A stretch of 32,000 nucleotides of DNA, taken from Caldimicrobium thiodismutans. GTDB lineage: Bacteria > Desulfobacterota > Thermodesulfobacteria > Thermodesulfobacteriales > Thermodesulfobacteriaceae. The DNA is taken from contig NZ_AP014945.1 of the NCBI RefSeq assembly GCF_001548275.1, positions 510,001 to 542,000 on the forward strand, given 5' to 3'. Each line of letters opens with the position of its first letter. Within the stretch, counting starts at the first letter, position 1. Shown here piece after piece: positions 17,797 to 24,961 of the stretch. The notes under the pieces are model-generated. The model was not told the origin of the DNA. It saw only the letters and a program-made list of their open reading frames with translations, and ran no database searches. Both the position numbers and the translations under genes were made by a program.

Positions 17797-19023
17797 CTAT
17801 GAAAAATTATAAGCATAGTAAAAACCTCCTTGAGAAGGAATATTATGATAAGTAGTAGAAGGATCAAAATATTTTTTATATTTGAGAAGTGCATAAATAA
17901 TTCTCAAAAGTTTATGAGCGGTGGCCAAAACCGCTTTTTTATAAGGCAATCCTTGTCTTTTTCTCCTCTCAAAATAGCTCCAGAATATAGGATTGTGTCT
18001 GATTACATTAATACTCATAAGCCATACAACCCTTCTCAAATGCCTATTTCCTCGTTTAGAAATCTTGCTCTTTCCTTTAAAGTTTCCAGATTCATAAACA
18101 GCAGGATCAAGTCCTGCATAGGCAATCAATTGTTTGTAAGATTGAAATCTCTTTATATCTTGAATTTCAGCAAGAAAATGAAGCGCTGTAATTTCTCCAA
18201 TTCCCTCAATAGAAAGGAGGATATCAAGGTCCTGGCAAGCGGAAATCTCTTTACAAGCGGATTTAAGAAGTTTTTCAATTTCTTTAAGGGTTTCCTGAAG
18301 GAAGAAGAGTTCTTGAATGGTTCTGGAAAGAATATATTCTTTTGCGGGCCAATTTTGAGCTATAGAATATTCAGCAAGGGCTTTTATTTCTTTAGCAGAA
18401 ATGGCGGGTTTTTTACCTTTTTGAGAGGAGAGTATATTTTCAATTTCCTCAAGAGAGGCTTTTTTAATAGCTTTAGCAGAGGGGAATTTTTCAAGAAGTT
18501 TAAGAATGGAGGTATTGTAGATATTGACGGTTCTTTCAAGTTCAGGGAAGGTAACGACCACAAGTTTTTCGAGGTTATTTTTTCTTTTAGCGATTTCTTG
18601 AGAAATTCTTTCTCTTTCTCTGGCAAGGTCTTTAAATTCTTCAGAAGTAAAGGCCTGGGGAGGTAGTTTTTGATGGAATTGAGAAAGGAAGATGGCGATA
18701 GTTTTAGCGTCTATGGCATCGGTTTTGGTTTTTCTAAGAGAGAGTTTAGCAAAATTTTTAATGAGAATTGGATTAAGGATGACGCAAGTGAAGTTATGAT
18801 TAACGAGGTAGGTGATGAGATTAAGATGATAACAACTGGAGGATTCAATACCGATAAGGATGGATTTTTTTAAGCCTTGAGGGAGAGCTTTTGTAAAGGA
18901 ACTGATGCCCTGGTAGTCAAGAGGGTAGGACTGGTTAAAGAGGACATTTTGAGAGGAATCAATGAGGCAGGCATGAAAGAAGTTTTTGGAGACATCAAGG
19001 CCTACAAAGTAGGTGTAGTGCAT
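17797..19023 (-). CDS. IS110-family DEDD transposase/recombinase
   Basis: 408 aa. The N-terminal RuvC-like DEDD domain has YFVGLDVSK, IGIESSSCYH and KTDAIDA. The C-terminal Transposase_20-type domain has LLSIEGIGEITALHFLAEI...GLDPAVYESGNFKGKSKISKRGNRHLR. Confidence 0.92.
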   Translation of the reverse strand: MHYTYFVGLDVSKNFFHACLIDSSQNVLFNQSYPLDYQGISSFTKALPQGLKKSILIGIESSSCYHLNLITYLVNHNFTCVILNPILIKNFAKLSLRKTKTDAIDAKTIAIFLSQFHQKLPPQAFTSEEFKDLARERERISQEIAKRKNNLEKLVVVTFPELERTVNIYNTSILKLLEKFPSAKAIKKASLEEIENILSSQKGKKPAISAKEIKALAEYSIAQNWPAKEYILSRTIQELFFLQETLKEIEKLLKSACKEISACQDLDILLSIEGIGEITALHFLAEIQDIKRFQSYKQLIAYAGLDPAVYESGNFKGKSKISKRGNRHLRRVVWLMSINVIRHNPIFWSYFERRKRQGLPYKKAVLATAHKLLRIIYALLKYKKYFDPSTTYHNIPSQGGFYYAYNFS

Positions 19024-19044
19024 AGGTGGACCTCCTTTTATTTT

Positions 19045-19200
19045 GTTTTAGTAAGGCAGGGGACCTGCTCACCAATCCTCCAACTTGACGAGGGTTTACA
19101 AACCCAACCAACTTATAATGGTTTAAGCAGGCAGGCAACAAACTCCACTGAGGGCTTAAAAGCCCAGGTAAAATGGAGTTGCCCTGCCTTACTCTCTTTT
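19045..19200 (-). ncRNA. Structured GC-rich RNA candidate in the IS110 5' non-coding end (bridge-RNA-like)
   Basis: On the minus strand there is a nested stem-loop, GGCAGG(G)C-AACTCCA-uuuuaccu-GGGCUU-uu-AAGCCC-ucag-UGGAGUU-uguu-GCCUGCC (19130-19188). There is also a hairpin GGGUUUguAAACCC (19092-19105) and a 12-nt outer complementarity between 19182-19193 and 19050-19061. The region is markedly more GC-rich than its surroundings. Confidence 0.4.
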
Positions 19201-19289
19201 CCATGTTTCTATTATAACCCCTATATATGCAAAAACTTAGGTAATAACATAACAAATTTTTCGTAGGAGGTAAATTACACTCCAATGTA

Positions 19290-19319
19290 TGAAAGAAACA
19301 CAGACAAGAATGTCTGTGC
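19290..19319. repeat. Subterminal 30-bp hairpin module (TGAAAGAAACACAGACAAGAATGTCTGTGC)
   Basis: Perfect 8-bp stem CACAGACA/TGTCTGTG at 19299-19318. Relative to 17770-17789, the stem differs by a compensated G:C to A:T change. Confidence 0.6.
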
Positions 19320-19348
19320 TATAACAAACCCACAAAAAATTCAAGGGG

Positions 19349-19511
19349 TATAAAATTTTAAACCTCTACTTAAGGAAAGATTTTGCAGATTTTTCATCCT
19401 TTCTTTCCGAAGGGGAACGGGTATGTGGAGAGATTTAATTTGTGTTAGGTCCTAAGAAAAAATCCTATAGAGTCTCAAAAGGTATGGATGCATACATACA
19501 TGACCTTGTTT
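19349..19511 (+). repeat. Right (M2-M3) half of the IS-split mosaic repeat copy
   Basis: 19351-19421 is nearly identical to 1599-1669. The box lies at 19471-19497 and TTGTTT at 19506-19511. Confidence 0.7.
19471..19497 (+). promoter_or_regulatory. Conserved 27-bp box, copy c (AGTCTCAAAAGGTATGGATGCATACAT)
   Basis: Followed after 8 nt by TTGTTT, then 16 nt, then TATTAT. It lies 62 nt before the hflX TTG start. Confidence 0.55.
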
Positions 19512-19559
19512 TTTTATTTTTTGCGATTATTATTCTATAAAAAATAGAAAAAGAGGAAC

Positions 19560-21305
19560 TTGAGTAGAGTAGTTTACGGAAATCTTCAAGGGTTAAAACC
19601 AAGTGAAATCCGAAGATTAGAACGACTATATTATCGCAAAATTCATCCTGAGGTAATTTTTTCTTCTGATCTTGCTTGGGAACTTGCTGAGCTTTCCTTC
19701 CTTTTAAATCGCCAAATCGGTATTTTAATTAATCGCACGGGTGAGATTGAATATGTTATTGTAGGAACTTTTAATCAAATTGAAATTCCTGAACTTAAAG
19801 GTTATAGAGAGTCCTTAGCTCGTTTGAAGGGGCTTAGGCTCATTCACACTCATCTTATTAAAAATGGCAAAGGCTCAGGCCTTGACCAAGATGACCTCCT
19901 TGATCTTGCCTTTTTAAGGCTTGATTTAATTGGGGCTTTAGAGGTAAATGAAAAGGGAGAACCTGGCAAAATTCATCTGGCCCATATTCTTCCTCATGCA
20001 GGCTTTTTTAGTCAAGCCCTTTCTGACAGAGAAGATCAATTTTTCTTTTTCTTTAAACCAAAATATGTCTGGGACCTAAGGGAAAATTTTCTTGAACTTA
20101 TCAAAGCCCTTGAAGACGAGTTTGAGAAGATAAAACCCCTGAAGAATGTAAAGGAGAAAGAAGACCGAGCCCTTTTAATCTTTGTCAAAGAGCCTCAAGA
20201 TCTGGATTGGGAAGAGAGACTTAAAGAACTAAAGGAGCTTGCTAAAACTGCAGGAGTAACTGTTGTGGGAGAGATAATTCAAAAACGGACTATTCTTGAT
20301 CCTCGTTATGTTATAGGCAAGGGAAAGCTTATTGAGGTTATGATTCAGGCCATGAGGAATAAGGCCAATCTCCTCATCTTTGATAGAGAACTTACTCCCT
20401 CTCAGGTTAGGGCTTTAACAGAGGTTACTGACTTAAGAGTTATAGACCGAACTCAGCTTATTCTTGATATCTTTGCCCAGAGAGCGAAAACTAAGGAAGG
20501 TAAAATTCAAGTAGAAATGGCCCAGCTTAGATATGCCTTGCCAAGACTTAGAGCAAAAGATGATGCCTTTTCAAGATTAACAGGTGGAATTGGCGGAAGA
20601 GGGCCAGGAGAGACCAAACTTGAAATAGATAAAAGGCGAATCAAAGATAAAATGAGCAGACTGGAAAGAGAACTCGCAAGAATATCCGCAGAGAGAGACC
20701 TTAGAAGAAAACGCAGAAAAAAACTTGATTATAAAATCGTGGCTTTAATTGGCTATACCAATGCGGGAAAAACAACTCTCCTTAATACCCTTTCCAAATC
20801 CAATTATTTAGCTGAGGATAAACTATTTGCCACCCTTGATCCTGTAACAAAGGCAGTCAGAACGCAAAAAGGCCATATTTTTTTACTTACAGATACAGTG
20901 GGTTTTATCCGGGATCTTCCGGAAGAGCTAAAAAAGGCCTTTAAAGCTACTCTTGAAGAACTTTACAATGCTGACCTTCTTCTACACCTTGTAGATATAA
21001 GCCATCCCAATTGGGAAAATCACATCCAAGCAGTTGAAAATATCCTTGAAGAAATGGATTTGCTCAACTTTCCAAGACTTATAGTTTTTAATAAAATTGA
21101 CCTTTTAAACAAAAGAGAAGATTTATCCCCTAATTTTATATTAAGACTCCTTAATCAATATAATGGAGTTGGTATCTCTGCTATGACAGGGGAGGGGCTT
21201 GACCAACTAATCTCACATATTGAATCCTTGTTGTTCAAAGAGGAGAGCTCCATAGTTGTAGAAATACCTTCAGAGAAGGTATTAACTTCTCATCTCTCAG
21301 CTTAG
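19560..21305 (+). CDS. hflX: GTPase HflX with an N-terminal extension of about 195 aa
   Basis: 581 aa with a TTG start preceded by AAGAGGA. The HflX N-domain has RVIDRTQLILDIFAQRAKTKEGKIQVEMAQL. The G domain has GYTNAGKTTL, DTVGF and NKID. Confidence 0.9.
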   Translation: MSRVVYGNLQGLKPSEIRRLERLYYRKIHPEVIFSSDLAWELAELSFLLNRQIGILINRTGEIEYVIVGTFNQIEIPELKGYRESLARLKGLRLIHTHLIKNGKGSGLDQDDLLDLAFLRLDLIGALEVNEKGEPGKIHLAHILPHAGFFSQALSDREDQFFFFFKPKYVWDLRENFLELIKALEDEFEKIKPLKNVKEKEDRALLIFVKEPQDLDWEERLKELKELAKTAGVTVVGEIIQKRTILDPRYVIGKGKLIEVMIQAMRNKANLLIFDRELTPSQVRALTEVTDLRVIDRTQLILDIFAQRAKTKEGKIQVEMAQLRYALPRLRAKDDAFSRLTGGIGGRGPGETKLEIDKRRIKDKMSRLERELARISAERDLRRKRRKKLDYKIVALIGYTNAGKTTLLNTLSKSNYLAEDKLFATLDPVTKAVRTQKGHIFLLTDTVGFIRDLPEELKKAFKATLEELYNADLLLHLVDISHPNWENHIQAVENILEEMDLLNFPRLIVFNKIDLLNKREDLSPNFILRLLNQYNGVGISAMTGEGLDQLISHIESLLFKEESSIVVEIPSEKVLTSHLSA

Positions 21306-21661
21306 TTGTAATTTTCTTTAAGTTTTTTAAATATTCTTTGAGGTGGAAAATCTGACCAGAGCTCTTCAAGGGCATAAAGATCTCTCACGGGCTCAAAAAA
21401 GATATGCACAATAATGTCTCCATAATCAAGAACTATCCAATTACCAGTTTCCCACCCCTCAATGGATAAAGGTTTTATTCCCTCTTTTTCCAGTTCAAAG
21501 CTTAAATAATCTGACAACCCCTGAGCATGTTTTGTTGAATGGGCACTACAGATAATTAAATAGTCAGCATAATCCACCTTAGATGAGATATCAAGGGTCA
21601 CAATATCTTCAGCCTTTTTATCCGAGAGTAACTTTATAAATTTTCCCAATCTTTCACTCAT
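21302..21661 (-). CDS. rsfS: Ribosome silencing factor RsfS (iojap-like)
   Basis: 119 aa. ...DYLIICSAHSTKHAQGL...WIVLDYGDIIVHIF... is the RsfS signature. Confidence 0.88.
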   Translation of the reverse strand: MSERLGKFIKLLSDKKAEDIVTLDISSKVDYADYLIICSAHSTKHAQGLSDYLSFELEKEGIKPLSIEGWETGNWIVLDYGDIIVHIFFEPVRDLYALEELWSDFPPQRIFKKLKENYN

Positions 21662-21662
21662 G

Positions 21663-21866
21663 TTAAACTTTTCCTTCTCGCACTAAGCGGGCAAAGTGCT
21701 CAAAGCTTCTGTCATAGGTAGCCTCAGCTTCAGGAGGAAAGGCACAGGCAGGAAGTTGTCTCATCTTTAAATGATAACTTAAGCACTCACAACAGATACC
21801 CTTTTTAGCACAAGGATCATAAGTGCAGTTACATCTCTTGAGATTGCGCTCTCTTTTACATTCCAT
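21663..21866 (-). CDS. Small Cys-rich conserved hypothetical protein
   Basis: 67 aa with 9 Cys (CKRERNLKRCNCTYDPCAKKGICCECLSYH...PAC). SD GGAGG lies upstream. It is packed between glmS and rsfS. Confidence 0.65.
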   Translation of the reverse strand: MECKRERNLKRCNCTYDPCAKKGICCECLSYHLKMRQLPACAFPPEAEATYDRSFEHFARLVREGKV

Positions 21867-21878
21867 AGTTAACCTCCT

Positions 21879-23717
21879 CTATTCAACAGTTACACTTTTG
21901 GCTAAATTTCTGGGTCTATCCACATCACATCCTCTCAAGACTGCCATCTCATAAGCAATAAGCTGTAAGGGCACCACATAAAAAATAGGTAAAAATTCAT
22001 AGGGAACCTGAGGAACCTCAAGGTAATCTTCACAAAGCCTTTTGACTTCTTCTGAACCCTGAGTAGTGATTCCAATTAGGGGGCCCCTTCGCGTTTTTAT
22101 CTCCTCTGCATTTGAAAGGGTCTTTTCATAAACTAAACCTGTCTCTTTAGCAGCTAAAATTATAGTGGGAAAACTCTCTTCAATCAAAGCAATGGGGCCA
22201 TGTTTCATCTCTCCTGCTGCATAACCCTCAGCATGAATATAAGCAATCTCCTTTAATTTCAAGGCCCCTTCAAGGGCAATGGGATATAAAATGTTTCTTC
22301 CAAGATAGAGAAAATCTTTGGCCTGATACCATTTCTTGGAAATTTCCTTAACCCTGGGGTAAGACTTATCCAGGAATTCCTGCAGGATGACCGGAAGGTG
22401 CAGTAATTTTTCTATAAGTTCAGGATATTGATTTAATCCCTTTTTTATTTTTTGTATATAGAGAGCTAAAAGCAAAAGCATCAATACCTGAGTGGTAAAG
22501 GCCTTGGTTGATGCTACACTTATTTCAGGACCAGCCTGAGTATAAAGCACAATCTCACTTTCCCGGGCAATGCTACTCCCAAGGACATTACAGATGGAAA
22601 TGACTTTGGCTCCTTTTTCCTTAGCTAATCTTAAACTTGCAAGAGTATCAGCTGTTTCACCAGATTGGGATATTCCGAGGAAAAGACACCTCTCATGCAA
22701 AAGGGGCTCACGATATCTAAATTCTGAAGCAAGCTCCACTTCAACAGGTATTTGAGTAAACCTTTCTAAGAAAAATTTACCCACAAGACCAGCATGATAG
22801 GAGGTGCCACAAGCTACTACATAAATCTTTACTATCTCTTTAAGCCAATCAATCTCTTTTTGCAATAGATCAATTTCAAAGGTCTCTAAGGAAATCCTAC
22901 CCAATAAAGTATTTTGAATGGCCTGGGGCTGTTCAAAAATCTCTTTAAGCATAAAATGGGGGAAACCACCTTTTTCTGCCTGCGAAAGATCCCAATGAAT
23001 CGTAGTTTCTGTATAGTCCTTTGAATTACCTTCAAAATCAAAGAGCTTAAGACCCTCTTTGGAAAGAATTGCACACTCTTTATCCTGTAGAAAAACAACC
23101 CTCTTTGTAAAGGGAAGAAGGGCTGGAATATCTGAAGCAAGAAAACTTTCCTTTTCTCCAAGGCCTATCACCAAGGGACTTTGATAACGAGCAACCAGAA
23201 TTTTATCTGGCTCTTTATTTGAAATCAAAGCTATGGCAAAGGCCCCTTGAAGCTCATTGATAGCTTTTAAAAAGGCCTCCCAAAGAGAAAAACCCTCTTT
23301 ATAATAATCTTCGATTAAATGAACAATAACCTCTGTATCTGTAGCTGAAACAAAGGTATGCCCTTTCTTTAATAATCTTTCCTTTAACTGATAATAATTT
23401 TCTATAATCCCATTGTGAACCAGAGCTAAGCCCTTTGAACAATCAAAATGAGGATGAGCATTCTCATCTGATGGTTCCCCGTGGGTGGCCCAACGGGTGT
23501 GTCCAAGGCCAGGGGCTCCCACTCCTGAGGTATCTTTTCTATAAAGTCTTTCTTCTAAATCATAAACCCTTCCCTTAACCTTGGTTATTTCAATATCATT
23601 TTTTCTAAAATATACTACTCCTGCTGAATCATATCCCCTATATTCAAGTCTTCTTAAGCCTTCAAGTAAAACTGGCCATAAAGGCCGATCCCCAATATAA
23701 CCAACTATTCCACACAT
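21879..23717 (-). CDS. glmS: Glutamine--fructose-6-phosphate aminotransferase (isomerizing)
   Basis: 612 aa. MCGIVGYIG Ntn-amidotransferase N-terminus, two SIS domains, and a C-terminal ...NLAKSVTVE. Confidence 0.95.
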   Translation of the reverse strand: MCGIVGYIGDRPLWPVLLEGLRRLEYRGYDSAGVVYFRKNDIEITKVKGRVYDLEERLYRKDTSGVGAPGLGHTRWATHGEPSDENAHPHFDCSKGLALVHNGIIENYYQLKERLLKKGHTFVSATDTEVIVHLIEDYYKEGFSLWEAFLKAINELQGAFAIALISNKEPDKILVARYQSPLVIGLGEKESFLASDIPALLPFTKRVVFLQDKECAILSKEGLKLFDFEGNSKDYTETTIHWDLSQAEKGGFPHFMLKEIFEQPQAIQNTLLGRISLETFEIDLLQKEIDWLKEIVKIYVVACGTSYHAGLVGKFFLERFTQIPVEVELASEFRYREPLLHERCLFLGISQSGETADTLASLRLAKEKGAKVISICNVLGSSIARESEIVLYTQAGPEISVASTKAFTTQVLMLLLLALYIQKIKKGLNQYPELIEKLLHLPVILQEFLDKSYPRVKEISKKWYQAKDFLYLGRNILYPIALEGALKLKEIAYIHAEGYAAGEMKHGPIALIEESFPTIILAAKETGLVYEKTLSNAEEIKTRRGPLIGITTQGSEEVKRLCEDYLEVPQVPYEFLPIFYVVPLQLIAYEMAVLRGCDVDRPRNLAKSVTVE

Positions 23718-23789
23718 TCTTCTCTACTACTCTCCTTTTGCGATTTTTTTGTTAATAATATAAGCATATCTCCTTTGCTTAATTTAAAA

Positions 23790-23912
23790 AAAAAGAGGGA
23801 CAAGAACTCCATTTCACCTGGGCTTAAAAGCCCCAAAAGGAGACTGTCCCCACTTCCAAAGAGAAGGTTTATGCTAAAAGCCCTTGCCACACTGGAGGAT
23901 GGAGTAAGGGAT
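23790..23912 (+). ncRNA. Orphan, diverged homolog of the IS110 5' structured region (strand tentative)
   Basis: The plus strand, GGGACAagAACTCCatttcacctGGGCTTaaAAGCCCcaaaaGGAGacTGTCCC, parallels the minus strand of 19130-19188 and has a different but still complementary outer stem. Downstream homology continues (...CTGGAGGATGG versus ...GTTGGAGGATTGG). No transposase gene is adjacent. Confidence 0.3.
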
Positions 23913-23988
23913 AAATTTAATTCTATTCCCATCAAAAATTTAATAAAAGGATAAATAATTCTAAGGTGATTTGCCATGACTAACATTT

Positions 23989-24291
23989 TTACCTAATAGT
24001 TGACTCCTTTAGTCTTAACATATATTCATTCCATTCCCAGGGGGAAAGAGATTTCTTTTTAATGTTGCAATCCTTACAGGCTGGAACAATATTTTCCTTA
24101 GTTGAAAGTCCTCCCTTGCTAAGAGGAATTCGGTGATCCATGGTGAGTTCCTCTGGAGAGACCCTCCTCCCACAGTAATAGCAAATACCTCTCTCTACTT
24201 TTCGCCGCCACCAACGAGTCTTCTTAAGAGCTCTGGCCTTGACCTTTTCTCTTCTAATATGCTCTTCTAAAAAAGAAAAATTACCTTTCAT
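23989..24291 (-). CDS. Small HNH endonuclease
   Basis: I prefer the start at ATG 24291 (MKGNFSFL...) over the track's 24336, which would overlap cmk by 56 nt. HNH core: CYYCGRRV...DHRIPLSKGG...NIVPACKDCNIKK. Confidence 0.75.
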   Translation of the reverse strand: MKGNFSFLEEHIRREKVKARALKKTRWWRRKVERGICYYCGRRVSPEELTMDHRIPLSKGGLSTKENIVPACKDCNIKKKSLSPWEWNEYMLRLKESTIR

Positions 24292-24961
24292 AGGCTCTCT
24301 TAATAAACATTTCCAACCGTTCAACCACCTGATCAAAATTTAAATTGGTAGTATCTATGACTATAGCCGATTCAGGGACTTTGAGGGGGGCTATTTCTCT
24401 TTCACTGTCCCTTTTATCTCTTTCCAAAAGATTCTTTTTCACCTCCTCAAGGCCCCTATCAATTACATCTTTTGCTCGTCTTCTGGCCCTCTCTTCAAGG
24501 TCAGCAGTCAAAAAAAACTTTAAATCTGCCTGAGGGAAGACGCAGCTCCCCATATCCCTTCCCTCTGTAATAACCCGTTTTCCCTCAATTAAGCGTCTCA
24601 TAAATTTGTTCACCTCCTCCCTGACAACTGGATGAGAGGAGATCTCAGAGACCTTTTCTTCAACCTCCTTTGACCTCAATTCATTATTTATAGGTCTCCC
24701 CTGATAAATAAGAACTGTGCCCTCTGGAGAGATTTTTATTTCAATTTCTGAGAGAAATTCTTCGATTTTTTTTCTAAATATTTCATCTGATGAAAATTGT
24801 GAATCCATAATATCGGATTGAAGAAGTCTCAGAGTTAGATAGCGATAAAAGGCCCCAGATTCAAGTAAATCAAGGTTTAATTTTTTAGCCAGGGCCTTGG
24901 CTACAGTAGTCTTTCCTGAGCCTGCTGGCCCATCAATTGTAATAATAAATTCTCTCATCAA
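24281..24961 (-). CDS. cmk: Cytidylate kinase
   Basis: 226 aa. P-loop ITIDGPAGSGKTTVAKALA, and GRDMGSCVFPQADLKFFLTA. Confidence 0.9.
   Translation of the reverse strand: MMREFIITIDGPAGSGKTTVAKALAKKLNLDLLESGAFYRYLTLRLLQSDIMDSQFSSDEIFRKKIEEFLSEIEIKISPEGTVLIYQGRPINNELRSKEVEEKVSEISSHPVVREEVNKFMRRLIEGKRVITEGRDMGSCVFPQADLKFFLTADLEERARRRAKDVIDRGLEEVKKNLLERDKRDSEREIAPLKVPESAIVIDTTNLNFDQVVERLEMFIKRAYER

Larger units (their letters stand above)
17725..19348 (-). mobile_element. IS110-family insertion sequence, about 1.62 kb (boundaries inferred and approximate)
   Basis: Boundaries come from where repeat homology breaks on each side. AAGGGG is present at both junctions (17719-17724 and 19343-19348). 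The element has a long non-coding end of about 320 bp upstream of the transposase and a short end of about 70 bp downstream. Confidence 0.6.

Noticed and set aside
17640-17855. 71-aa ORF downstream of the cbpA-like gene
   Set aside because: It spans the M1 repeat module, the IS junction and the IS subterminal hairpin, and it overlaps the transposase 3' end. It is not a credible gene.
17830-18666. 278-aa plus-strand ORF antisense to the IS110 transposase, and the shorter ORFs at 18384-18626 and 18670-18873
   Set aside because: The F/S/K/R-rich low-complexity translation is the mirror image of a K/E/L-rich gene. It has no motifs and lies entirely inside a well-supported CDS.
18877-19285. ORFs 18877-19266 (+) and 18995-19285 (-) across the IS 5' non-coding end
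   Set aside because: Both run through the GC-rich stem-loops. Neither has an SD or recognisable domains. The region is better explained as structured RNA.
23705-23986. 93-aa ORF on the minus strand filling the HNH-glmS gap
   Set aside because: It overlaps the glmS start, has no SD, and has a low-complexity, non-protein-like composition. It also covers sequence homologous to a non-coding IS region. It is probably spurious.
23718-23988. glmS ribozyme in the 270-bp gap upstream of glmS
   Set aside because: I read the minus strand for the conserved glmS-ribozyme core (AGCGCC...GACGAGG-type elements and its pseudoknotted layout) and found nothing resembling it. The structured part of the gap instead matches the IS110 5' region. 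Only a covariance-model scan could fully exclude it.
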